Positions 1 to 10,239 are shown, numbered from the stretch's first letter. The stretch: 64,000 bases of DNA from Candidatus Yanofskybacteria bacterium (GCA_016181045.1 JACPAB010000002.1:61126-125125); one strand, 5' to 3'. The notes: generated from the letters alone by a model not told the origin. Made by a program: numbers and translations.

Positions 1-251
1 ATGCCGTAGACATCGACTCCGTCGTTTAAATTTTTAAACTTTAAACTTTCCAAGGCCTTTTCTATTAACGACTTTTTGGTGACGAAATACTCGGCAGAAC
101 CCCGAAGGGAGTTCTTCAACTCCCTCATCTGGGCGACCGACAAACCTTTTTCACCAACCCTTGAAAAGGTGGTAAAGACAGAGATCGTCGCTTTCTCAAG
201 TTCCTTTTTGAGCTTCTTCAGATCCTGGCTCTTTTGTGATTTTGACTTCAT
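1..251 (-). CDS. rplJ: 50S ribosomal protein uL10 (partial, runs off window)
   Basis: Hand translation MKSKSQKSQDLKKLKKELEKATISVFTTFSRVGEKGLSVAQMRELKNSLRGSAEYFVTKKSLIEKAL matches the L10 N-terminus (GLSVAQMRELK...KKSL). Confidence 0.9.
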   Translation of the reverse strand, partial: MKSKSQKSQDLKKLKKELEKATISVFTTFSRVGEKGLSVAQMRELKNSLRGSAEYFVTKKSLIEKALESLKFKNLNDGVDVYG

Positions 252-264
252 TGTGTTTTATAAA

Positions 265-356
265 CAAAAAATCTGCGCTACCGCAGATCGACCAGAGTTA
301 AAGCCGCAAATAAGGGCTTGTCACCTCGAGGCAATTGGTGCCTTGTCTACGGTAAT
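265..356 (-). promoter_or_regulatory. L10 leader (ribosomal protein autoregulatory RNA)
   Basis: Minus strand ACCGTAGACAAGGCACCAATTGCCTCGAGGT resembles the L10-leader core; followed by hairpin ATCTGCG-GTAG-CGCAGAT + T run just upstream of rplJ. Confidence 0.7.
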
Positions 357-406
357 ACGTAAATATGTTAGCAGGTAATACTGAGCGAGTCAACTGTTAA
401 CGAATT

Positions 407-2290
407 CTATTGAATTTTCCAAAATCTGCCATCTGATGTGGAGAAGTAAATAGTTTCGTCTGCGTCCACCCCGCTCTTGCCGGCAAGGGCGGGGTCCAGA
501 TACGCTTCGATCATCGGTTCATTTGAGCCGATCTTTATTGTTTTAACCAACGAGCCGTTTTCTTTACTGAACGTATAGACCCTGTTCAAATCCTTGTTTA
601 TCAGGTAAAGATTTTTGGAGTCCTTGGTCGTGGCAAAGACGCTGATATCGCCCGAAAGAAGGGAGGTGTTATATTCTCCGGTCTTTTCGCCCCTGTAGTA
701 AACAGCCAGGATCCCGGATCTGCTCAAGACGTATATTTTGCCGTCCACCGCTATGTAGCGCGATCCCGGAGGCAAGGTGCCTGATTTGAGCCACGAGGCA
801 GTTTCTTTTTTCCCGGTTTTGTTAATATCAGAAACCTTGAATAGATTATCGGCGGTCAGAACGTAAAGATTGTTCTCGTATATATCGAATGCCACAGGAC
901 CGATTATGTTATATTCGTTCGATTGCAATTTCTGGGCCTCGGTCTGATACAAAGATAATCTTTGTAAAACACTGTTGGGCAAACTCTCAACCAGGGCGGG
1001 TGTAACTTCGTTGGCTTGGTCGATGCCGTCGAGCACTTCAAGCAGTTCGGCCTTGGTCTGTTCCGTCTTATCCGACGAAACAGGAGCGGCAGCTAAAGAA
1101 GATAAAGAGTCGCCCAAAAGCCGCCTGGCTCCCAAGATATCGTTTTGACTTATCTTGGTCCTGGCAAGCTTGAGGGATTCTTGAGCCGCTTCGACGGCAG
1201 TGATGGCTTGTCTTTCACTCGGACTCAAAATGAACAGTGATTTTACAATCAAGGCGGAGGCGACGATCACTCCAAGCAGGGTAACGAAGAGAACCACCCG
1301 ATTCTTAAGCCGGGGCATGAACGGCCTGATTTTGTTGAAGACCAATTGTACGGGATTTTGTTTTTTGCCTAAAGAAAATTCGGACCGGATGATGCGCGGC
1401 ATATCAACCTCGGAAAGTTCGGTTTTTTCTTCTGTTATTGCTGGCTGTTTTTTCAAGGTAAGTTTGACTTTGGGCGTCTCTGCTTCCTGTTCCTGTTGTT
1501 CCGGCAAGATTTCGGGCTCAGGTACTGGAGTAGGAACTACCTTATGTTTTACAGCTACTGTCGGTCCTTTGCTCTTTGCGAGGCCTATGTATAAAGCGGC
1601 GCAGGAAAAATCGGGCCTCTCGTGCTTTATAGAGTTTATCTTTTCCAAAAGCTGGTCGCCGGTTAGTTTCAATAGGTACTCCTTAAAGTATTTTTCTCTT
1701 ACGGTCATAAGCCGCCCCGGGTAATAGGCGAATATCTTGTCTCCCGCCGCGACCTTGCCGGATACGACATGGGAAAATTCTTTTTCCTGGACGCGTTCTT
1801 TCGTGAAAAGATCGATATTGTTCAGAATATCTATGTTTTTGTCTTCGCGGGAAAGGATTATCTTGAACTTGCCGAGCTTGGAAATGTTTATCTGTTCTCC
1901 GGCGATTGCGAAGATGCCGATGTTTATCTTGATATCTTTATTCGTGAAAAATTCTCCGACAACGTCATTTACTTTTTTCAGGGCAAGAGAAAACGCCTCT
2001 TTCGGGGCCAGATCCGGATCGGCATAGTACTCTCTCTTTGCTAGAGAGGCGACGAGATTGGTTACATATGCGACGTCATTTTCGCTCGTCTTTTCTCCCT
2101 CTGCCGGCATTTGAACCCCGCTCTTGCTGGCAAGAGCGGGGTGGACGTTTCCAACAAGATAAAGATTGCCGAGTTTTCTTTTGGCTTCGTCCGATTCGTA
2201 GTCATACGCAAAAAGGTCGAGGTGCCCTTCTTTGCCCGTGTCTTTGTGCAGTACTTCCCGGCAGGTTGGTTTGAGATAAATTCTTTCCAT
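407..2290 (-). CDS. Conserved CPR-type membrane-anchored protein (N-terminal cytoplasmic domain, one TM helix, C-terminal beta-propeller-like domain)
   Basis: 627-aa ORF; TM segment VVLFVTLLGVIVASALIV; beta-rich repeats (FDIYENNLYVL, IAVDGKIYVL). Confidence 0.7.
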   Translation of the reverse strand: MERIYLKPTCREVLHKDTGKEGHLDLFAYDYESDEAKRKLGNLYLVGNVHPALASKSGVQMPAEGEKTSENDVAYVTNLVASLAKREYYADPDLAPKEAFSLALKKVNDVVGEFFTNKDIKINIGIFAIAGEQINISKLGKFKIILSREDKNIDILNNIDLFTKERVQEKEFSHVVSGKVAAGDKIFAYYPGRLMTVREKYFKEYLLKLTGDQLLEKINSIKHERPDFSCAALYIGLAKSKGPTVAVKHKVVPTPVPEPEILPEQQEQEAETPKVKLTLKKQPAITEEKTELSEVDMPRIIRSEFSLGKKQNPVQLVFNKIRPFMPRLKNRVVLFVTLLGVIVASALIVKSLFILSPSERQAITAVEAAQESLKLARTKISQNDILGARRLLGDSLSSLAAAPVSSDKTEQTKAELLEVLDGIDQANEVTPALVESLPNSVLQRLSLYQTEAQKLQSNEYNIIGPVAFDIYENNLYVLTADNLFKVSDINKTGKKETASWLKSGTLPPGSRYIAVDGKIYVLSRSGILAVYYRGEKTGEYNTSLLSGDISVFATTKDSKNLYLINKDLNRVYTFSKENGSLVKTIKIGSNEPMIEAYLDPALAGKSGVDADETIYFSTSDGRFWKIQ

Positions 2291-2365
2291 TCGCTGAGTG
2301 TGTTGAAAAATAGATAATATTTCGATACACTATTATGCATCAATTGTAGTTCATAATCTTTATCT

Positions 2366-2965
2366 GTGTCAATGAATAAGTCGCGCAACATTTTGGATAT
2401 ATTGTTCGGGTCTAAAATAAGGGTCAAGGTCCTGAAGTTTTTGTTCAGGAATTACCCCAACGATTTTTCTACTTCCGAGTCGGCGAAGAGGATACGAGAG
2501 CGCCTTTCCGCCATTAGAAAAGAAATACGGCTTCTCAATCAGATAAAACTTATAAAGAAGAACGGCGCGCAAAGATACGCGCTTAACCCAAATTTCGAAT
2601 TCTTCGGCGAACTCAAGGAACTGATAATGAAGTCATCCCCGGCCGAAAAAAACCGCCTGGTTCAGCGTATTTATAAGTTGGGCCGGATAAAATTAGCGGT
2701 TTTGTCGGGAATATTTTTGACCAACGGCAAATCGGCTACCGGAAACGATAGTTCCGTGGTCGACCTGTTTATTGTCGGTGACGAGATAAGCAAGGAAAGG
2801 TTGCGGTCCTTTCTCAAGGCGCTTGAAGCCGAAGTGGGTAGGGAAGTCCGCCTCTCGATAATGGACAAAGAGGAATTCGAATACCGCTACGGAATGTTCG
2901 ACCGCTTTGTTCGCGTCATGTTGGAAAGCCCCCATGAAAAAATCATAAATAAGTTAGGTCTCTAA
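2366..2965 (+). CDS. Winged-HTH (ArsR-like) plus nucleotidyltransferase-like domain protein
   Basis: LFGSKIRVKVLKFLF HTH region; C-terminal SG...VDLFIVGD minimal NTase-like motif. Confidence 0.7.
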   Translation: MSMNKSRNILDILFGSKIRVKVLKFLFRNYPNDFSTSESAKRIRERLSAIRKEIRLLNQIKLIKKNGAQRYALNPNFEFFGELKELIMKSSPAEKNRLVQRIYKLGRIKLAVLSGIFLTNGKSATGNDSSVVDLFIVGDEISKERLRSFLKALEAEVGREVRLSIMDKEEFEYRYGMFDRFVRVMLESPHEKIINKLGL

Positions 2966-3103
2966 AACAATTACCAATTACCAATTGCCATTTCCCATTT
3001 CCCAATAATTTATCATTTAATCATTGAATCATTTTCTGAAATGATAAATGAAACAACGTTAATTTAATGGAAATTGGAAAATGATAAATGGAAAATTATC
3101 AAT
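2966..3103. repeat. Mirror-arranged heptamer repeat spacer
   Basis: TTACCAA/TTTCCCA/TTATCAT units followed by complementary AAATGAT/AAATTGG units. Confidence 0.8.
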
Positions 3104-3175
3104 GGGCGGTTAGCTCAGCGGTAGAGCACTGCATTCACATTGCAGGGGTCATAGGTTCAAATCCTATACCGCCCA
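3104..3175 (+). tRNA. tRNA-Val (CAC)
   Basis: Cloverleaf: GGGCGGT/ACCGCCC acceptor, anticodon arm CTGCA-TTCACAT-TGCAG, GGTTCAAATCC T arm; CCA not encoded. Confidence 0.95.
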
Positions 3176-3279
3176 CAGAGTTCCCCAGGAGTGGGCGATG
3201 CCCCACTCCGAGAACCACTTACTTTATTGACTGAATACACTCTTTTTTATAACATCTTCCCATCTGCTCATTGAAAAGG

Positions 3280-3960
3280 ATGGTCATGATATTCACTCTG
3301 ACCGGTGCCTCCGGCGCCGGAAAGTCCACCATTGGAGAATTATTGAGGAAACGCTTTGGTGATATTCTGAAGCCGGTGATAAGTGTTACCACCAGAGAAC
3401 CGAGAGACGCTGACCCTTCCGGAGAGTATGCCTACGTTTCGGTGGAAGAATTCCAGAAGATGAAATGTGCCGGAGAATTCATTTGGGACGCTTGTCCTCA
3501 TAGGACGGATTATTATGGAACACTTTTCCGGTCTCTTGAAGAAACAAATAATGAACCAAACACAATTTTTCTGATGGTGCTGGAGCCGGATAGCGTCGGA
3601 ACGCTTCATCTGAAGGGAAAAAAGATGGACCTGAAAATTCATTCATTCTATATCGTTTCCCCTTCTTTAGAGGACCTTCACTGGAGATTGGTGAACAGAG
3701 CGAGACAAGAAAGAGAAAAGAAGATGAGGAAGATGAGGGCCGATGGCGTACCGGAACCGGAGATCTGGTTGTGGCTCAAGGATAAAGCGGTAAAAGACAG
3801 AGTTGCCCTGAAGGGAAGGATCCAAGATTGTCTGAAATGGGACGACCGGGCATTGAGGTCGAAAATTCCCTACGTTTTTGTCAGAAATAACATGGCTGAT
3901 CTTGGCCAGGAAGCCGCAGCAACAGTAGCTGCAGAGATAGTTGAAAGGATGTCGGCCTAA
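3280..3960 (+). CDS. Guanylate kinase-like P-loop kinase
   Basis: GASGAGKST P-loop, SVTTREPR, YYGT motifs; charged helical insertion in C-terminal half. Confidence 0.8.
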   Translation: MVMIFTLTGASGAGKSTIGELLRKRFGDILKPVISVTTREPRDADPSGEYAYVSVEEFQKMKCAGEFIWDACPHRTDYYGTLFRSLEETNNEPNTIFLMVLEPDSVGTLHLKGKKMDLKIHSFYIVSPSLEDLHWRLVNRARQEREKKMRKMRADGVPEPEIWLWLKDKAVKDRVALKGRIQDCLKWDDRALRSKIPYVFVRNNMADLGQEAAATVAAEIVERMSA

Positions 3961-4040
3961 ATGGCCGACTTTTGATTTTCAGGCACCCCGAGATATCCAC
4001 ATTGCCTAACTTTTAACTCGGGTATATAGTTATCCAGTAA

Positions 4041-4065
4041 GTGGTGAATTGTGGATAGAAGTGTT
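4041..4065 (+). promoter_or_regulatory. Putative MraZ-binding direct repeats
   Basis: GTGG/GTGG/GTGT at 10-bp spacing upstream of mraZ. Confidence 0.6.
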
Positions 4066-4152
4066 AATAACTTAACAAATCTGTGGATATCTTGATTAGT
4101 TATTAGTAATTAGCCAATAGAAATTAGGCTAAGTCCTAATGGCTAAGTCCTA

Positions 4153-4593
4153 ATGGCTATGTTGATAGGCGAATATAAGCACAATCTGGACCCCAAGAAA
4201 CGGCTCGCAATCCCGTCGAAATTCAGGAAAGAGCTCGGGGACGGAGCGGTTCTAACCAAAGGTCTTGATGGCTGTTTGTTCATTTTTCCTTCGAAGAACT
4301 GGGCGCCGTTCGCGGAAATGCTCGGAGGACTATCCATAGGTAAGCAGGATACGAGGTCATTTGCGCGCTTATTCCTGTCCGGAGCGGTGGAGGTGGAATT
4401 CGATTCACTGGGCAGAATATTGATACCGGACAACTTGAAAGAATTTGCGAGTTTGAATAAAGAAGTGGTGATAGCCGGATTGTTTAACCGCCTCGAGATA
4501 TGGGACGAAAAGAAGTGGGGCGCGTATAAAGAAAATTTAGAAAAAAATTCCGATAAGATCGCCGAGAAATTAGGGGAACTGGGATTAATTTAA
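4153..4593 (+). CDS. mraZ: Transcriptional regulator MraZ
   Basis: GEYKHNLDPKKRLAIPSKFR and DSLGRILIP motifs. Confidence 0.97.
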   Translation: MAMLIGEYKHNLDPKKRLAIPSKFRKELGDGAVLTKGLDGCLFIFPSKNWAPFAEMLGGLSIGKQDTRSFARLFLSGAVEVEFDSLGRILIPDNLKEFASLNKEVVIAGLFNRLEIWDEKKWGAYKENLEKNSDKIAEKLGELGLI

Positions 4594-4694
4594 CAATTAC
4601 CAGTTACCATTTGCCAATGATTTGCCATTTAATCATTGAATCATTTTCAGAAAATGGATAAATGAAACAATGTTAATTCAATGAAAATTGGAAA

Positions 4695-5651
4695 ATGATA
4701 AATGGAAATTATGTCGCAATTCACAAACCGGTTCTTGTAAAAGAAATTATAGAATATCTGGCCATAAAACCGGGAGCGAAGATAATAGACGCAACGATCA
4801 ACGGCGGGGGACACACATCAGCACTTCTTCAAAAATATCCGGACATAAAAATCTTGGGCATTGAATGGGATCCTAAAATTTTTGAAGAAGCGGTTAAAAA
4901 GTTAAAAAGTTTAAAAGTTGAAGACAGAGTTATTTTGGTAAATGACAGTTATGTAAATTTAAAAAATATAGTTGAGAAGCACGACTTTCATCCCGATGGA
5001 ATATTGTTCGACCTTGGATTGTCAGCCTGGCACTACGAGAAAAGCGGCCGGGGATTCTCTTTCAAAAGAAATGAGATCCTGGACATGAGATTCAACCCTT
5101 CGACCCATTCGACAAAGCCTCAGGGTGGTGAGCTCGTCGAATCCACAAGCTCAGGGCAAGTCCCGGCAGCTGAAATAGTTAATACCTATAACCGTGAGGA
5201 CTTGGAGGCGATATTCAAGGAATATGGGGAAGAGCAGTTTTATTCACGAATAGCCGATGCGATCATCCGGGCCAGAAAGCTGAAGCCGATCATCAAGACA
5301 TGGGAGCTGGTGAAAGTCATCGGAGAGGCGGTCCCCGAATGGTATAAGCACAAAAAGATTCACTTTGCGACCAAGACGTTCCAGGCATTGCGCATCGCGG
5401 TCAATCACGAACTTGAAAATGTCGAAAAGGGGATGCGGGAGGCGATAGAAGTTCTGGGGCCCGGCGGGCGGCTGGTGGTCATATCCTTCCAGGGCCTGGA
5501 AGATAAAATAGTGAAGAATATGTTTCGGGAGAAAGTCAAAGAGGACAAAGTAAAATTCGTAGTCAAGGGAACCATAAGGCCTTCCTGGGAAGAAACAAAA
5601 ACGAACGTAAGAGCCAGGTCGGCCAAAATGAAGGTTGTGGAGAAAGTTTAA
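4695..5651 (+). CDS. rsmH: 16S rRNA m4C1402 methyltransferase (with in-frame palindromic insert)
   Basis: HKPVL, DATINGGGH, LDMRF, TFQALRIAVNHEL, RARSAKM motifs. Confidence 0.96.
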   Translation: MINGNYVAIHKPVLVKEIIEYLAIKPGAKIIDATINGGGHTSALLQKYPDIKILGIEWDPKIFEEAVKKLKSLKVEDRVILVNDSYVNLKNIVEKHDFHPDGILFDLGLSAWHYEKSGRGFSFKRNEILDMRFNPSTHSTKPQGGELVESTSSGQVPAAEIVNTYNREDLEAIFKEYGEEQFYSRIADAIIRARKLKPIIKTWELVKVIGEAVPEWYKHKKIHFATKTFQALRIAVNHELENVEKGMREAIEVLGPGGRLVVISFQGLEDKIVKNMFREKVKEDKVKFVVKGTIRPSWEETKTNVRARSAKMKVVEKV

Positions 5652-5668
5652 ATGTTTAAAAGTTTAAA

Positions 5669-6031
5669 ATGACGAATACACAGATACGGCCCATAAATCC
5701 CGAACGAAGCCGCGAGGGCTCGCAGCGCGCCTCTGTTTCGTACGGGATAAATCCAATACTTGTATCGAATGTGATCCTGCTCGGGATCTTCGGTTTGCTT
5801 TTGTCTTTTTATATTATCCAGGCCAATATGATAGCGGCCGATAAATACCGAGTTAATGTTCTCAACGAGAAACTTACTTCACTGAACGAGGTCCGGACGT
5901 CTTTAGCCGCGCAAAGGTCGGAGACAGAAGACCCCTCCGAGCTTATGGAGTTCGCCCGGGCCAAAGGCATGGTCGAGGCCAAGAACGTCATCTATATTTT
6001 TGAGAACGGCAACGTCGCCCTTAAACCGTGA
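5669..6031 (+). CDS. FtsL-like cell division protein
   Basis: Single TM plus coiled coil, located between rsmH and ftsI. Confidence 0.65.
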   Translation: MTNTQIRPINPERSREGSQRASVSYGINPILVSNVILLGIFGLLLSFYIIQANMIAADKYRVNVLNEKLTSLNEVRTSLAAQRSETEDPSELMEFARAKGMVEAKNVIYIFENGNVALKP

Positions 6032-6041
6032 AACCTAAAAC

Positions 6042-7727
6042 GTGAAACGTGAAAACCAAACTTTTCGGATAAACATATTTTTTATTTGCGTGTTGATGAT
6101 ATCGGGGCTGGTTTTATACCGGCTTTTTGTTTTGTCTTATGTCCGGCATAGCGCTTATTCCCGGACGGCGCTGGCCCAGAGAGAGAACATAAACAACGTA
6201 TTGGCGCGGGGGAACATTTACCTTAAAGACGCTCTGTCAGGGGATCTCTTTCTGGCCGCAACCAACAGGAAGTTCCCGTTGGCATATGTTGTTCCTTCCA
6301 AGGTGGATTGGGCCGATAATACCGGAACTATCGAGAGGGCGGCTTCTGTCCTTGAGATAGAAGCGGCTTCGATAACCAAGGCCGTTTCGGGTAAGCAGGA
6401 TGTTTCTAAGGTTCTAAAAAGACGCCTAACGGCGGAAGATGTTGATAAGATAAAAAACCTCAATCTCAAAGGCCTGGGAATATCTTATGAGATGGACAGG
6501 TTCTACCCCGGCCAGCGACTGGCATCGAATACCATCGGTTTTCTCGGATATGACCAGGAAGGCCGTTCGGGCCAATATGGCATAGAGGCCTATTACGATG
6601 ACGAACTTTTTGGGTCGAAAATGCCGGGGGCATTTTCGAATAGGCACTTAAATTCGGAAGATTTCCCCAGACCATCCGATATCGTTCTGACGCTCGACAA
6701 GAATATCCAGGACTTCATCGAGGACCGTTTGGATAATTTGATAAAAACCTGGAATGCCGAGGGAGGCAGCATTATCGTCCAGGACCCGCAAACGGGAAAG
6801 ATCCTTGCCATGGCTGACAAGCCCAGTTTTGACCCCAACGATTACAGTGATTCTCCTTTAAGCCATTTTTTAAACAGGAGCATCCAGGGGGTTTTCGAAC
6901 CGGGCTCTTCTTTTAAGCCCATTACTATGGCGATGGGTTTGGACCTGGCAAAAGTCACGCCGCAGACCACCTTTACCGATACCGGCTTTGTGGAAATTTC
7001 CGGCTACAAAATCAATAACTTCAGCGAAAAAGTGTTCGGAACGCAGACAATGTCGCAGGTCTTGGAGAGGTCCATCAATACCGGAGCAATGTTCGTTCAG
7101 GGTCTGGTCGGTGACGATAACTTTCTGAATTACATTATCAATATGGGTTTTGGGCAGAAAACCGGGGTTGATCTGCCGGGTGAGGTTGGCGGCGATATAA
7201 CCAATCTTTACAGTCGCAGGAAGATCAACTATCTGACGGCATCTTTCGGGCAAGGTATAGCCGTTACTCCTCTTCAGCTGATAAATGCCTACTCGGCTAT
7301 AGCCAATGGCGGGAAATTGATGAGGCCTTATGTGGTTGAAAAGATTATTAAGGAAGGCGGTGTGGAAGAAGTTGCCAAGCCGGAAGTGATAAGCATTCCC
7401 ATATCGGAAAAAACCTCGGCCAAGCTCAAGTCAATGTTGGTAAGCGTCGTAGATAACGGGTTTGATAAGGCCCGGATAAAGGGCTACGATATAGCCGGAA
7501 AAACGGGCACCGCCCAGATACCCGACGGCCGAGGCGGATATTCCGAAAATGAGTATATCCATGATTTTCTTGGTTTCGCTCCGGCATTCGACCCCAAGTT
7601 CGTCATTCTCATAAAAATGGACAAGCCGAAAGGAATCACTTTTGCCGCTGACAGCTTGTCTCCGACTTTCAGGGAGCTCGCCCAATTTTTGATCAATTAT
7701 TTTAAAATACCGCCGACAAGACGATGA
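6042..7727 (+). CDS. ftsI: Class B penicillin-binding protein (FtsI/PBP2 family)
   Basis: EPGSSFK, SIN, KTGTAQ transpeptidase motifs; N-terminal TM. Confidence 0.92.
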   Translation: MKRENQTFRINIFFICVLMISGLVLYRLFVLSYVRHSAYSRTALAQRENINNVLARGNIYLKDALSGDLFLAATNRKFPLAYVVPSKVDWADNTGTIERAASVLEIEAASITKAVSGKQDVSKVLKRRLTAEDVDKIKNLNLKGLGISYEMDRFYPGQRLASNTIGFLGYDQEGRSGQYGIEAYYDDELFGSKMPGAFSNRHLNSEDFPRPSDIVLTLDKNIQDFIEDRLDNLIKTWNAEGGSIIVQDPQTGKILAMADKPSFDPNDYSDSPLSHFLNRSIQGVFEPGSSFKPITMAMGLDLAKVTPQTTFTDTGFVEISGYKINNFSEKVFGTQTMSQVLERSINTGAMFVQGLVGDDNFLNYIINMGFGQKTGVDLPGEVGGDITNLYSRRKINYLTASFGQGIAVTPLQLINAYSAIANGGKLMRPYVVEKIIKEGGVEEVAKPEVISIPISEKTSAKLKSMLVSVVDNGFDKARIKGYDIAGKTGTAQIPDGRGGYSENEYIHDFLGFAPAFDPKFVILIKMDKPKGITFAADSLSPTFRELAQFLINYFKIPPTRR

Positions 7728-7847
7728 TTTATCATTTATCATTTTCCAATTTCCATTTATTTTACTATTTATCCATTTTTCAATTGTTAAATGGTTAAAT
7801 GAACTAAATGAATGGCAAATGGTTAGTGGCTAAATGACAAATAATTT

Positions 7848-9149
7848 ATGAAGGAACTATTTAAAAAAATCATTGTATGGAAACTTAATCTTATCGCTAA
7901 GCTTTACCTGTGGCGTTTTAAGCCGGTGATAATTGCAATTACCGGGAATGTCGGTAAAACGTCGACCAAAGAGGCGATCGCGGCGGTTTTGAGCAGTAAA
8001 AAAAGGGTTCGTTCGGGAAAGGGAAATCTGAACAACGAATTCGGCGTGCCGTTGGTGATTGTCGGCAGTTGGATGGATGATTACTACGAAGGCGGCAATA
8101 CTTTGTGGTTTTGGGCAAAGGTTCTGTTTCTCTCGTTTTTTGGCTGGTTCTTTGTCAGAAACTATCCCGAGATATTGGTTCTGGAATATGGCGCGGATAA
8201 GCCGGGAGACATCAAAAAGTTAGCGCGCAAATACAAACCCCACGTTTCCGTGGTCACTGCTGTGGGCGAAATTCCCGTTCATGTGGAATTTTTTTCCGGT
8301 CCTGAAGAGTTAGCCGGAGAAAAAAGCGAGTTAGTTGAAGTTCTGGATCCGACCAATTTCGCCGTTTTGAATTTTGATGACCTTGCCGTTTTGGAAATGA
8401 AAAACAAAACCGGGGCAAAAGTTTATACATATGGATTTGGGGAAGGGGCGATGGTCAAGGCCTCGAATTTGAACGTCCGGACGGACGAGCATGGTTTTCC
8501 GGTGGGTTTGGGGTTGAAGATACAGCAGGGAGAAAGTTTCGTTCCGGTCAGGATAGACGGTTCATTGGGCAAATCCCAGGGATATGCGGCAGCAGCGGCT
8601 GCTGCCACAGGACTGATTTTGGGGATGAACTTAGTTCAAATAAGCGAGGCCTTATCGGAATACAAAGGACCAAAGGGCCGGCTTAAGATCCTCAAGGGCA
8701 TAAAAAATTCGGTTATTATAGACGACACATATAATGCCTCTCCGGCCTCGATGCATTTGGCTATCGAAACCATCGCCGGTTTGAGCGGTCCGAGAAAAAT
8801 TGTTGTTTTGGGAGATATGCTCGAGCTGGGCCGATACACCATCGAAGCGCATGAAGAAGCGGGAAACTTTTTAAAAAATGACTTTGATATATTGGTGACG
8901 GTCGGCTCAAGGGCGAAGTTCATAGCCGAATCGGCAGCCAACCAAATGTCAATGGAAAATATTCACAAATTTGAAACATCGGATGAAGCCAAAGCCAAGA
9001 TCAAGGAACTGATAAAAGAAGGGGACATAATTTTAGTTAAGGGCTCCCAGGGAATGAGAATGGAAAAGATAGTCGAGGAAATTATGGCCGAACCGGAAAA
9101 AAAGAAAGAATTGTTGGTCCGTCAATCCAAAAAATGGTTGGCGAAATAA
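7848..9149 (+). CDS. murF: UDP-MurNAc-tripeptide--D-Ala-D-Ala ligase
   Basis: ITGNVGKTSTK, NLNNEFGVP, DDTYNASP, LGDMLELG, LVKGSQ. Confidence 0.95.
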   Translation: MKELFKKIIVWKLNLIAKLYLWRFKPVIIAITGNVGKTSTKEAIAAVLSSKKRVRSGKGNLNNEFGVPLVIVGSWMDDYYEGGNTLWFWAKVLFLSFFGWFFVRNYPEILVLEYGADKPGDIKKLARKYKPHVSVVTAVGEIPVHVEFFSGPEELAGEKSELVEVLDPTNFAVLNFDDLAVLEMKNKTGAKVYTYGFGEGAMVKASNLNVRTDEHGFPVGLGLKIQQGESFVPVRIDGSLGKSQGYAAAAAAATGLILGMNLVQISEALSEYKGPKGRLKILKGIKNSVIIDDTYNASPASMHLAIETIAGLSGPRKIVVLGDMLELGRYTIEAHEEAGNFLKNDFDILVTVGSRAKFIAESAANQMSMENIHKFETSDEAKAKIKELIKEGDIILVKGSQGMRMEKIVEEIMAEPEKKKELLVRQSKKWLAK

Positions 9150-9195
9150 CAAAACCCCCGATGTTCTGGGGGCTTTACGGTGGAAAGTCGGCGGG

Positions 9196-9420
9196 TTACT
9201 GGCCCGCCGATTCTTCGCCGAATCTGACGGCTTCGTCAATGGCCGTAGGGCATGGTCGGACGACGAATGTCCAGACCATACGAACTATGACCGACGCGAG
9301 CGCCAACACGCCTACACCGATCAACACTTCGGCCGTCGCGGAAAACGACGTTTCCACGACGTACCCGATGCCAGCGCCAAGCGCGCCGGCGGCTACGAAG
9401 AACAAAGTCAGGTACCACAT
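9196..9420 (-). CDS. Small two-TM membrane protein
   Basis: 74 aa hydrophobic ORF; GGAG SD within the preceding ORF; followed by hairpin terminator near 9150-9195. Confidence 0.6.
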   Translation of the reverse strand: MWYLTLFFVAAGALGAGIGYVVETSFSATAEVLIGVGVLALASVIVRMVWTFVVRPCPTAIDEAVRFGEESAGQ

Positions 9421-9576
9421 TTACTTTTCTCCTTCGCACTTGTCGCCGAGCGCTTGCTCGACGGCGGTGCACTTGGCCAGCGCTTTGTCGGTGGCGTCCT
9501 TAAACCATACACCGAACCAAACGATGGCTATGGCCAATGCGATGAAAAGAACGAGGGACGGGAAGCTTCTCAACAT
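9421..9576 (-). CDS. Small membrane-anchored protein (51 aa, two Cys)
   Basis: MLRSFPSLVLFIALAIAIVWFGVWFKDATDKALAKCTAVEQALGDKCEGEK; AAAGGA SD; TGTTATAAT promoter upstream. Confidence 0.6.
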   Translation of the reverse strand: MLRSFPSLVLFIALAIAIVWFGVWFKDATDKALAKCTAVEQALGDKCEGEK

Positions 9577-9672
9577 GTCGTTTCCTTTGCTCGGGGAACC
9601 ATGGTTGTATTATAACATATTTTAGTATCTTTTGTCAAATCAGAAATTTGTGATAAAATGAGGTAGTTTTAT

Positions 9673-9744
9673 GGCGCCATCGTCTATCGGTTAGGACACA
9701 TGCTTCTCAAGCATGGAAGCGGAGTTCGATTCTCCGTGGCGCTG
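9673..9744 (+). tRNA. tRNA-Glu (CTC)
   Basis: GGCGCCA/TGGCGCT acceptor, CATGC-TTCTCAA-GCATG anticodon arm, GTTCGATTC T loop. Confidence 0.95.
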
Positions 9745-9784
9745 CAACTTGATTAAATAATAATTTCTGATAATATATTTATCT

Positions 9785-10093
9785 ATGTCATTTGCGGTGA
9801 TAAAAACCGGTGGTAAGCAATATAAGGTCGCCGAGGGCGATGTTTTATACGTTGAGAAGCTCGAATCCAAGGACGGCCAGGTCGTTTTTGATAATGTATT
9901 GCTGGTGGAAAACGGTTCGCTCAAAGTAGGCAAGCCGGTTGTTTCCGGAGCCAAGGTCACGGCCAAGGTTTTGGAAGACGGAAAGGGCAAAAAGAAGATG
10001 GTCTTTAGATATAAATCCAAAACCCGCCAACATAAGAAGAAAGGCCACCGACAGCCCTTCACCAAAGTCCAAATAACAAAAATTGAGAGTTAG
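9785..10093 (+). CDS. rplU: 50S ribosomal protein bL21
   Basis: [13 protein letters not shown]...GHRQPFT. Confidence 0.98.
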   Translation: MSFAVIKTGGKQYKVAEGDVLYVEKLESKDGQVVFDNVLLVENGSLKVGKPVVSGAKVTAKVLEDGKGKKKMVFRYKSKTRQHKKKGHRQPFTKVQITKIES

Positions 10094-10239
10094 CCCTCAA
10101 TTTTTGTTAAAACACAAGCACAAACTACACAAAACCCAAATAAAACACAAATCACAAACTAACGAAAACACAAACGTTTGTGTTCTGTGCTTTTGGCGGT
10201 CTGTGCTTTATTTGTGCTTTGGTTCCTGTGTTTTGTGTT

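Noticed and set aside
3985-4095. Replication origin suggested by DnaA-box-like 9-mers upstream of mraZ
   Set aside because: Matches are imperfect, overlap the MraZ GTGG repeats, and there is no dnaA/dnaN or clear unwinding element nearby.
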